NCBI GenBank assembly: GCA_963810965.1
Contig: CAWEPT010000016.1
Location: forward strand, 5,051-69,050
Direction of reading: 5' to 3'
DNA from: an uncultured delta proteobacterium
GTDB lineage: Bacteria > Desulfobacterota > Syntrophia > Syntrophales > UBA2192
DNA length: 64,000 bases
How positions within the stretch are numbered: the first letter of the stretch is position 1; each line of letters begins with the position of its first letter. Below are positions 18,548 to 27,398 of this stretch, piece by piece. Made by a program: the position numbers and the translations under genes. The notes beneath the pieces were generated by a model that was not told where the DNA came from, did not search any database, and saw only the letters and a program-made list of their open reading frames with translations.

Positions 18548-20202
18548 CTAAAAGGTCGTGTCTTTCTGGACCCTGAACATCATTTTCAGCTCATACACCC
18601 CCGAGCCGACACGCTTCTCCATGTCGAAACCCATCTTCTCGAAGACGTGGAGCATGGGCCGGTTTTCCAGCAGGACCTCCGCCGTAAACCCGAGAAGACC
18701 CTGCCTCCTGGCGAGGTACGTGAGATATCCGAGAAGCTCCTGGCCGATGCCCTTGTTCTGGTGCTTGTCGCTGACTGCGAAGGCGACCTCCGCCATGTGG
18801 TTGTCTTTTTCGATCTCGAACTGGCCGAGGCCGACGATCTCCTCCTTGTCCTCCTCGCCGAGCACGGCCAGGATCTCCATCTTTTTCGTGTAGTCGATGA
18901 CGACAAAGTCCTGGAGGCGCTCGTGGGGCATATCCTTGCGATACGAGATGAACCTCCGGTACATGCTGTTGTCCGAAAGCGAGTAGAAGAAATCCTTGAC
19001 GATGGGTTCATCGCTGATCTTGACGGGACGGAAGAGGAGGTTGACCCCTGCTCTCGTGGTGCGGTAGGTCTCGAGCTCCTCGGGGTAGATGCCCCGCTCA
19101 CCCGGGATGAAGGCCTGGTCCTTGTAGATGAGCCCGTTTTTCCTGGCCTCCTCGATGAGCCAGGGCCTGAACTTCGGGTGGGCGATGGCGATCAGATCCA
19201 TCGCCCGTTCACGGACATTCTTGCCCGGCAGATAGGCGATGCCCCACTCGGTGACGACGTACTGGACGTCTCCCCGCAATACCGTGGCCCCGGCCCCTTC
19301 CTTGAGGAAGGGGACAATCCGCGAGACCACGTCGCAGGCCGCCGTCGACTGGAGCGTGAGGATGGTCTTGCCGTTCCGGGCCAGGGCGGCCCCCCGCATA
19401 AAGTCCGCCTGGCCCCCGACGCCGCTGTAGAACGTCTTGCCGATCGACTCGGCCGTGGACTGTCCTGAGAGGTCGATCTCGAGGGCGCTGTTGATGGCGA
19501 CCATGTTGTCCTGCCGGGCGATGAGCAGCGGGTTGTTCGTGTAGTCGATGGCCCGGAAGTCGATGGAGGGGTTGTCGTGGAGGAACTCGTAGGTGGATTG
19601 CTTCCCCATGCAGAACGTCGCGACGGTTTTTCCCCGGTTGACGGTCTTGCGGGAGTTGTCGACGACGCCCTGCTTCATCAGCTCGACGATGCCGTCGCTG
19701 ATGAGCTCCGTGTGGATGCCCAGGTGCTTTTTCCCGGAGAGATTGGCGACGATCGCATTGGGGATCGTCCCGTAGCCAACCTGGATCGTATCGCCGTCTT
19801 CGACAAGACGGGCCACGTAACTGCCGATCCGCTGGGCGATTTCCGTGTCGGCGGCGGGATAGTATTCAAGCAGGGGTTCGTCGTAGGGAACCAGGAAATC
19901 GATATCGTCGATGTGGAGGAAGGTGTCGCCGTGGACCCGCGGCATGTAGCGGTTGACCTGAACCACCAGAACCCGGGCCGTCTCGGCGGCGGCCTTCACG
20001 ATGTCGACACTGATCCCCACGCTCAAATAGCCGTGCTCGTCCGGAAGCGATGCCTGGAGGAGGGCCACGTCCACCTCTCGAGACCGCGCCGGAAGAGGCC
20101 CGGCACCTGGGAGAGATTAACCGGCGTGTAGTCGGCAAGCCCTGTGTTGACGGCCCCGCGGGTGCTGTCGCCGATGAAGAAGGAGTTGTGCCGGAAATTG
20201 GA
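18548..20202 (-). CDS. acetyl-CoA hydrolase/CoA-transferase family protein with C-terminal GNAT domain; lacks ~70 N-terminal residues; one frame change near 20075
   Basis: FRHNSFFIGDSTRGAVNTGLADYTPVNLSQVPGLFRRG, then VDVALLQASLPDEHGYLSVG...GVGGQADFMRGA...HPKFRPWLIEEA. GNAT motif QNKGIGQELLGYLTYLARRQG. No start codon or RBS is visible at the 5' end. Confidence 0.7.
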
Positions 20203-22119
20203 GAAGTTCTTGAAGTCCTTGTCGTCCAGCGGGATGACGGACTCGGGATTTAGCCGTCCTGGCTCCGGTATCGGCCTTTTTCCCGAAGCCCTTGAAGGAG
20301 AGGACTTTCTTCAGTACCGCCTTCGGCGGTGCCGCGGAGACCGATGCCGAAGCCCTGGTCTCGTGATTGCCGCCCACCATTGTCATGAGCTCTGCGGCAA
20401 TTTCCTTCATCTGCTCGGCCTGGGCGTTCATCTCCTCGGAGGCCGAGGCGCGACTCCTCGGCATTGGCCGCCGTCTGCTGGGTCACCTTGTCCATCTCGG
20501 CGACGGCCTTGTTGATCTGGTCGATTCCCTGGGCCTGCTCGCTGGAGGCCGCGGCGATCTCGGACACGAGATCGGCCACCTTGGCGGCGCTCTTCGAGAC
20601 CTCCGCGAAGGCCCCGTTGGTCCGCTCGACCAGCTCCGAGCCCTCCTTGACCTTCTTCACGGTGCCCTCGATGAGCGCCGAGGTGTTCTTGGCGGCCTCG
20701 GCGGCCCGCATGGCGAGGTTTCTCACCTCGTTGGCCACCACGGCAAAGCCCGCACCGGCCTCGCCGGCTCTGGCCGCTTCGACGGCGGCGTTGAGGGCCA
20801 GCAGGTTTGTCTGGAAGGCGATCTCGTCGATCGTCTTGATGATCTTGGAGGTCTCGTCGCTGGCCTTCGAGATGTCGTCCATGGATTTGGTCAGCTCGGT
20901 CATGGAGCCATTGGCCCGCTCGACCATCTGTTTGGATTCTTTCATGAGCTTGTCGGCCGTCGATGCGTTGTCGGCGTTCTGCTTGGTCATCGAGGACATC
21001 TCCTCGAGGGACGAGGAGGTCTCCTCGATCGAGGCGGCCTGCTCGGAGGCCCCTTCGGCCAGCGACTGGCTTGCCGAGGACACCTGGCCCGAGGCGGAAG
21101 CGACCTGGTCGGCCGCGTCGTTGAGGTGCCTGACGGAGCGTGGTGACGGGCACCGTGATGCTCCGGGAGAAGAAGGTGACGGCGACGATCGTCAGCGCCA
21201 GGAAGATGGCGCCGATGAGCGAGGATGACATTGCGGATCATGTGGGCCGAGGAGAGGAACTCATGCTTCATCCTGTGTCATGGCGACGCTCCAAGTCGTG
21301 TAGTCGACGGGGGCAAAGCCCGCGATCTTCTTCACGCCCTGGTACGTATAGAATTCTACGCCTGAGTCTGCGGGCGATCATCTTGCCGGCGATATCCTTC
21401 ATGCCCTCGAGGTTGGTGACATTGAGCTCGAGGATGTACTCCTTTTTGGGGTGGGCGACGAAGAGGCCGCTTTTGTCGATCATCCAGGCAAAGCCCGTCT
21501 GCTCCGACCTTGACGGACTGGATCTTGCTCGGAGAGAAAATCGACGTTGAGGATGGCACCCACCATGCCTGCGAATTCGCCGCCCTGGCCATAGACCGGA
21601 GCGCTGACGACCGAAACGGGTTTTCCCGACGCCCGGGACTTGATCGCGGCGCCGATGAAGACCTTGCCGCTCTTGGCTTCTTTGAAGTAGTCGCGGTCTC
21701 CGACGGCGATGCCTTTTGTCTTCCCGTTGCTGCCGTCGGCAATGATCGTGCCGCCGGCATCGGCCACGAAGACGGACTCGTAATCGCTCCCGCTCTGTTT
21801 CATCACTTTCGCGAATTCCGCCGAAAGCCGCTCGAGTCTCGCCGGAAGCCTTGGCCGCGCCGTCCTTGGATGATTTCGAAGCCGCCTCAATGACATAGGG
21901 CTGAACCGACAGTGCGAGGCGACCTTCATCTCTTCTTTGATGGCGACTTCGATCATGTCGGAGATGTTCTTGGCGATCTGCACGGCCTGTCCCTTGGCCA
22001 TGTCCTCCAGAGCCCCTGTCGCCTTGATAGAGGGCGAAGCCCCCGACGACCACGATCGGGATCAAAACGAGCAGGATCCCGCCGAACGTTAATTTGAAAC
22101 CGAGAGTTTTCTTCTTCAT
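20203..22119 (-). pseudogene. methyl-accepting chemotaxis protein with periplasmic Cache-like sensor, about eleven frame changes
   Basis: N-terminus MKKKTLGFKLTFGGILLVLIPIVVVGGFALYQ. Sensor region SGSDYESVFVADAGGTIIADG...VGDRDYFKEAKSGKVFIGAAIKSRASGKPVSVVSAPV. TM2 [19 protein letters not shown]. Signalling hairpin [38 protein letters not shown]. Tail ...VIPLDDKDFKNF. The pieces are spread over seven track ORFs. Confidence 0.7.
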
Positions 22120-22190
22120 CTGCTGCTACCTCCCTGTAGTGCAAGAAAAAATAAATCCATCACGGATAAAAACAGATCATAGAACAACAA

Positions 22191-22691
22191 TCAATGAATC
22201 GTGAACTGGAATGCCCCGAGCACCTTGTCGATGTCGAGAAGGATCTTGACGCCCCCGCCCGTCTTGGCCATCCCCAGGATGAAATCCGTGTTGAGCTTCA
22301 CCCCGAAGGTGGGCGTGTTCTCGATATCGGCGCCGCGGATGTTGAGCACCTCCGAGACGGCATCCACCACGATCCCCATGGGCACAGCGCCCGACTCGCC
22401 GTGGATCTCCACGACGATGATGCAGGTGCGCTCCGTGTAGGCCGTGGCTTCCAGGCCGAAGCGAAGCCGCAGGTCGATGACGGGAATGACCTTCCCGCGC
22501 AGGTTGATGACGCCCTTGACGAACTCGGGCGTCTGGGGCACCGGGGTGACGGTCATCATGCCGATGATCTCCCTGACCTTGAGGATGCCGATGCCGTATT
22601 CCTCGCCGGCCAGCGAAAAGGTCAGGTACTTGCCCTCCCTTGCCGCCTCTGCCCTTGCCGGCTCAGTCATTGCGATCGCTTGAGCTTCCAT
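22191..22691 (-). CDS. cheW: chemotaxis coupling protein CheW
   Basis: GGGAGG RBS 6 nt before the ATG at 22691. GKYLTFSLAGEEYGIGILKVREIIGM...VINLRGKVIPVIDLR. Confidence 0.85.
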   Translation of the reverse strand: MEAQAIAMTEPARAEAAREGKYLTFSLAGEEYGIGILKVREIIGMMTVTPVPQTPEFVKGVINLRGKVIPVIDLRLRFGLEATAYTERTCIIVVEIHGESGAVPMGIVVDAVSEVLNIRGADIENTPTFGVKLNTDFILGMAKTGGGVKILLDIDKVLGAFQFTIH

Positions 22692-23024
22692 ACACAACCT
22701 CCCGAAAGTGCAGACCCGTGTCACCGTTTTTCAATTGATCGTGCCGGGCTGTAAATGAAGAACTATCTGCTTCAACCGGGCAGAATGAATCACCCGGCGG
22801 ATTGTCCCTTGACGGACTGGTCATGATCCAAGAGTTTTTATCGTCACCCGGAACAGGAACCTTAATACTTTTTTCTTAGACGCAAAGAGACTAGCAAACT
22901 GCGTACCACTTTAGTCAAATGGCACGGAGAACTCACCTTCCGGTGAATGCCCCGTGCGGGATCGCCATGGATTCCATGGGAGTTGTTGCGCGTCATCGGC
23001 CGGGACGTTGTCCCCAAGTATTCC

Positions 23025-23053
23025 TTGACCGGATTGCCGAATTCCCTTAAAAT
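23025..23053 (+). promoter_or_regulatory. candidate sigma70 promoter for adk
   Basis: TTGACC, 17-nt spacer, TAAAAT. It lies 50 nt before the adk ATG. Confidence 0.45.
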
Positions 23054-23103
23054 CCCCGCTTCCTGGAAACGCACCACACACTCTGAAATTGAAGGAGGAC
23101 GAT

Positions 23104-23871
23104 ATGAAAATCATCCTTTTGGGCGCGCCCGGCGCGGGCAAGGGCACCGTGGCGAAACTGCTCACCGATTACGACGGATCCGTTCAGATCTCCACCGGGG
23201 ACATCCTGCGGGCCGCCGTCCGCGAAGGGACCGATCTCGGGAAAGAGGCCAAGGCCTACATGGACCGGGGCGACCTCGTGCCCGACGCGCTGATCATGAA
23301 GATCATGGAAGTCAGGCTCCAGGAGCCCGACTGCGCGAAGGGCTTCATCCTCGACGGCTTTCCCAGGACCATCGCCCAGGCCGACGCGTTGAAGGGGATC
23401 CTGAAGAAGCTCAATCTGAAGCTCGACATGGTGGTGAACCTGGAGGTGCCCCGCGAGGTGATCCTGGACCGCCTCACCACGCGCCGGACCTGCTCCAACC
23501 CATCCTGCCAGGAGATCTACAACGTGAAGAGCATGCCTCCGGCAGCCGACGGGACCTGCAAGAAGTGCGGAAGCAAGGTCGTCCAGCGCGACGACGAGAC
23601 GGAAACGGCCATTTTGTTCCGGCTCGAGACCTACAACCAGAAGACGGCCCCCCTCATCGGCTTCTACGAGAAAGAGGGGCTTCTGAAGAACTTCACGTCG
23701 CTCTCGAGCGCCGATACGGTCGAGGCGGTGAAGAAGGCTCTGAAAAAGGGTAGAGGGTCTCGGGTAGAGGGTATAGGGCGAAGAAAAGATCCCCCCGTGT
23801 ATGCCTGTCATCCAGACAGAAGGAGCGGGGGGATTTTTCATGGCGCATCGACCCGGGACGGAATAGAATGA
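23104..23871 (+). CDS. adk: adenylate kinase (real stop probably near 23750; the ORF reads through its own terminator)
   Basis: GAAGGAGGA RBS. MKIILLGAPGAGKGT. Zinc LID CSNPSCQEIY...CKKCGSKVVQRDDD. After ...VKKALKKG the frame crosses a GGGTAGA array and a hairpin. One extra A in the A5 run would give KKG then TAG. Confidence 0.85.
   Translation: MKIILLGAPGAGKGTVAKLLTDYDGSVQISTGDILRAAVREGTDLGKEAKAYMDRGDLVPDALIMKIMEVRLQEPDCAKGFILDGFPRTIAQADALKGILKKLNLKLDMVVNLEVPREVILDRLTTRRTCSNPSCQEIYNVKSMPPAADGTCKKCGSKVVQRDDETETAILFRLETYNQKTAPLIGFYEKEGLLKNFTSLSSADTVEAVKKALKKGRGSRVEGIGRRKDPPVYACHPDRRSGGIFHGASTRDGIE
23748..23783 (+). repeat. GGGTAGA heptamer array (five G3 tracts)
   Basis: GGGTAGAGGGTCTCGGGTAGAGGGTATAGGGCGAAG. 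Confidence 0.85.
23785..23838 (+). terminator. rho-independent terminator
   Basis: Stem GATCCCCCCG ... CGGGGGGATT followed by TTTT. Confidence 0.7.
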
Positions 23872-23893
23872 CCCTGTTTGCAGGAGAAGGGCA

Positions 23894-25858
23894 TTGCCGA
23901 TCGATTACGAAAGAGATCTGAACCCGGAGCAGTACCGCGTCGTCACAGCCGAAGGGGGTCCGATGCTCGTCATCGCCGGCGCAGGGAGCGGCAAGACGCG
24001 GACCCTCACCTACCGGGTGGCCCGGTTGATCGACACGGGAACACCGCCGGAGCGGATCCTTCTTGCGACCTTCACGAACAAGGCCGCCCGGGAAATGCTG
24101 GGACGCGTGGAGCTCCTTTCGGGAGTGGATGTGCGGAGGCTATGGGGCGGGACCTTTCACCACATTGCAAACCGGGTGCTGAGGCGACAGGGCTACCGGC
24201 TGGGCTACGGCAGGAACTACTCCATCATGGACACGGACGACACGAAGTCGCTCCTGAACGCCTGCATTGCCGATGCCGGGATCGACACGAAGGCCGGGCG
24301 GTTTCCCAAGGGGAATGTGCTGGGTGAGATCATCGGTTATTCCGTCAACACCGTGACCCCTCTCGAGGATGTCGTCGGGCTGAAATACCCGCATTTCAAT
24401 CATCTCATGGAGGACATCGTCGACATCGCCCGCAGCTATCGCGAGCGGAAGAAATCTCTCAACATGATGGATTTCGACGATATGCTGGCAAACTGGCTCG
24501 AACTTCTGCGAAACGAACCGGAGGCCCTCCGGGAATACGCGGAGCGTTTCCTGCACGTCCTGGTCGACGAGTACCAGGACACCAACAGCCTGCAGGCGGC
24601 GATTCTCGATCTTCTCAGCTCCCGGCACCGCAACCTCATGGTGGTGGGCGACGACCACCAGAGCATCTATTCCTTCCGGGGGGCCAATTTCGAAAACATC
24701 CTGCGATTCCCGGACCGCTACCCCGACGCGAAGGTCTTCAAGCTCGAGACGAACTACCGCAGCACCCCGCAGATCCTGGACCTGGCCAACCGGAGCATCG
24801 TCCGGAACCGCGACCAGTTCCAGAAGGAGTTGCGGGCCGTGCGCAAGGGCGGTTTCAAGCCCGTCTACGTCCCGGTGCGAAACGTCACCCTGCAGGCGGC
24901 CTTCGTTGCACGGCGGATCATGGATCTCATCATGGAGGGGATTCCCATCCGGGAGATCGCCGTTCTGTACCGTGCCCATTATCACTCCATGGAGCTCCAG
25001 ATGGAGCTGACACGGCGAGGCATTCCCTTCGAGATCCGCTCGGGCATCCGCTTCTTCGAGATGGCCCACGTGAAGGACATCACGTCCTACCTGAGGGTGC
25101 TCGTAAACCCCCTGGACGAGGCAGCCTGGAAAAGGGTGCTCGGGCTCTACGAGAAGGTGGGAAGAGTCACGGCGGACCGGGTCTGGAAGGCGCTGGCGGC
25201 CGAGAAAGACCCCCTGGCGGCATTCCGGGACCCCGCCTGGGTGAAGCGCGTCGGGAAGGCGGCGGCTCCCGGGCTTCTGAGGCTCGGCGAGACCCTTGCG
25301 CTTTTGTGCGATAAGATTGCCGAGCAGGCGCCTTCCGATCTCATCCACCTGCTTCTCAACCGCGGGTACCGTGAGGATCTGCAGGAGCGTTACACGGACA
25401 GCTTCTCCCGGGAAGAGGATCTGATCCAATTGGCCAATTTCTCGGGCCGCTTCGCGAGCCTGACGGACTTCCTTGCCGAACTTTCGCTGCTGACGAACAC
25501 GACGGAGAACGAGGATTCCGGCGCTGCCGAGGCGAAGGACCAGGTGATTCTCAGCTCCATCCACCAGGCCAAGGGCCTGGAGTGGACCGTTGTGTTCATC
25601 ATCTGGTGTGCCGAGGGGATGATCCCGCTGGCCCGCGCGCTCAACGAGGCCGGCGGCGAGGAAGAGGAGCGGCGGCTGTTTTACGTGGCCACCACCCGCG
25701 CCAAGGACCAGCTCTACCTCTGCCACCCCCTGATCGACTATTCCCGCGGGATGGGCATGGTGCCCCTGCGGCCTTCGCGGTTCATCGAAGAACTCGAGGA
25801 GGACGCCTTTCACCCGACGGAGCTGCCCTATGAGCAGTGGATCATTGATGAGGACTAG
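23894..25858 (+). CDS. UvrD/PcrA/Rep-family ATP-dependent DNA helicase
   Basis: TTG start in track. AGAGSGKTRTL (motif I), VDEYQDTN (motif II), VVGDDHQSIYSFRGA, LETNYRSTPQIL, VATTRAKDQLYL. Confidence 0.85.
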   Translation: MPIDYERDLNPEQYRVVTAEGGPMLVIAGAGSGKTRTLTYRVARLIDTGTPPERILLATFTNKAAREMLGRVELLSGVDVRRLWGGTFHHIANRVLRRQGYRLGYGRNYSIMDTDDTKSLLNACIADAGIDTKAGRFPKGNVLGEIIGYSVNTVTPLEDVVGLKYPHFNHLMEDIVDIARSYRERKKSLNMMDFDDMLANWLELLRNEPEALREYAERFLHVLVDEYQDTNSLQAAILDLLSSRHRNLMVVGDDHQSIYSFRGANFENILRFPDRYPDAKVFKLETNYRSTPQILDLANRSIVRNRDQFQKELRAVRKGGFKPVYVPVRNVTLQAAFVARRIMDLIMEGIPIREIAVLYRAHYHSMELQMELTRRGIPFEIRSGIRFFEMAHVKDITSYLRVLVNPLDEAAWKRVLGLYEKVGRVTADRVWKALAAEKDPLAAFRDPAWVKRVGKAAAPGLLRLGETLALLCDKIAEQAPSDLIHLLLNRGYREDLQERYTDSFSREEDLIQLANFSGRFASLTDFLAELSLLTNTTENEDSGAAEAKDQVILSSIHQAKGLEWTVVFIIWCAEGMIPLARALNEAGGEEEERRLFYVATTRAKDQLYLCHPLIDYSRGMGMVPLRPSRFIEELEEDAFHPTELPYEQWIIDED

Positions 25859-25912
25859 GGTACAGGGTACAGGGTACGAGGGTACAGGGTACGAGGGTAA
25901 GAGACGAAGAAC
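25858..25912 (+). repeat. GGGTACA heptamer array (six G3 tracts) starting in the helicase stop codon
   Basis: TAGGGTACAGGGTACAGGGTACGAGGGTACAGGGTACGAGGGTAAGAGACGAAG. Confidence 0.9.
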
Positions 25913-25927
25913 GACTCTTAAAGAATT

Positions 25928-25968
25928 AAAAAAGGATCGAGGATATGCATATCCCCGATCCTTTTTTT
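25928..25968. terminator. bidirectional rho-independent terminator
   Basis: A-run, stem GGATCGAGGATATGCATATCCCCGATCC, then TTTTTTT. Confidence 0.8.
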
Positions 25969-25970
25969 GT

Positions 25971-26005
25971 CTTGACCTGAACCCTAGACCCTGACCCTGA
26001 GCCCC
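25971..26005. repeat. ACCCTGA heptamer array (G-rich on the minus strand)
   Basis: TTGACCTGAACCCTAGACCCTGACCCTGAGCCCC, directly 3' of the minus-strand OMP gene. Confidence 0.85.
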
Positions 26006-26012
26006 TTCTTTC

Positions 26013-26883
26013 TCAGAAGGCGAAGCTCACGTTGATCCCGCCATAGAAGAAGTTATATTCATTGAGATTCTTGCTGCGGCCCTTCATTTCGTTCTTTGCA
26101 TCATCGGAAAGGGGGAACACCCAGGACACCGTCGGGGCAATCGTGACATACTTCCAAGGCGTGATGGGGAGCGTCGCCGAGATCACGCCGTCGTGGAAAT
26201 TGCTGAACTTGTCCGTCGTCGGCAGAGCGTTGTCGTCATATTTCGGATAGGTCGATGCATCGTCGCTCAGGAGGTAGCTTAACGAGCCGGCGAGCTTCAG
26301 GCCGATCATCTTGGTGAGCTCGAAGGTGTGGGACACCCCGAAGAGGAAATACGTCTGGTGGTAATGATCGATCTCCTTGTAGATCGTGAGCGTCGGGGTC
26401 AGCAGGACGTTTCCGGCCAGCGAAACGAAGAGCTCCTGGGAATCAAGCGGGTCGGCTGCTCCCGCGTTCGGGGCATTCAGCGCATAGTAGATGTAACCCA
26501 GGCCCGCCGTCACAGGACCGAAGGCCCTGCTGTAGGAGAGGGTCAGGTCCGTCTCTGTCCAGGTGCTGGAGTAGGATGCATCCGTCGTCGAGTAGGGGTT
26601 GGTATCCAGGTTGCCCCAGAGGTTGGCGGTGAATCCCTTGTACCCGACCGTCGCGGAGGGCTGGATCACCATGCTGTCTCTCGTCTGCTGCTGGCCGCGC
26701 CAGATGTAGGCGCTGAGCGCCGATACGGTGAAGTCGGCCGTGGGCTTTTCCTCCACCGCGAGCCGGAGCGGCGGGTTTGGCCTCCTGGGCCATTGCTTCG
26801 GTGAGCAGGCTGACGCCGATGCCCAGAACGATGGCGGATGCGATAACAAGTCTCAGAATCCGATCCAATAAAGCCTTCGTCAT
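26013..26883 (-). CDS. outer-membrane beta-barrel protein (TorF/Gcw_chp-like putative porin), one frame change near 26775
   Basis: Signal peptide MTKALLDRILRLVIASAIVLGIGVSLLTEAMA (ORF 26443..26901). Alternating beta pattern and terminal ...GGINVSFAF. Confidence 0.6.
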
Positions 26884-27265
26884 ATCAAGATCTCCCTTCA
26901 TGGTTTAATGGCCTTGTCGATGTGACGCCGCAGAGGGTCTCCGCGAGCGCCCGTCCGCCCGTTTCGGGGAGGAGGGGCCGCAGGCCCGGCCGAGGGGGTG
27001 GAGCGGCGAGGCCTGCGGCATGAGGGCGTTCTCTTTGTTCGCGGCGTTCGGATGTCCCTTAGATCAAGGCTTGTGCCATGCAGGAGAAAAGGCGAAATAA
27101 AGTCTTTAATAAGCTGAAATAAAATGAAGATATGAGAACGTGAGTCCGGGCGGGAAAGGACGCTCTACAGGTAAAATATGACTACATATATGTTATATTA
27201 TTAATTAATATCTACAAATATGTATAAATATATAATATATGAAACGATCATGAATCGATGTAATC

Positions 27266-27309
27266 AAAAAAGGGCGGCAACTCTCATTGCCGCCCTTCCT
27301 GTTTTTTTT
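27266..27309. terminator. bidirectional rho-independent terminator
   Basis: A-run, stem GGGCGGCAA / TTGCCGCCC, then TTCCTGTTTTTTTT. It serves the minus-strand synthase gene. Confidence 0.75.
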
Positions 27310-27398
27310 GATATCACATCTCTTGAGATACTGTGTTCAGATTGTCCGTATCGCCCGAACCCACCCTGAAGCCTGATGCCCGCAGGCGCCTGCGCCTG

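Noticed and set aside
17417-19468. A 683-aa ORF that looks like one giant LysM protein.
   Set aside because: It is a chimera. The first ~315 codons are LysM-NlpC/P60 copy B. The rest crosses a terminator hairpin and is antisense to the CoA-transferase/GNAT gene.
22725-23024. A 300-nt spacer between cheW and adk, considered as a possible ncRNA (6S, SRP or RNase P-like).
   Set aside because: No conserved motifs of those RNAs were recognisable by eye. It would need a covariance-model scan.
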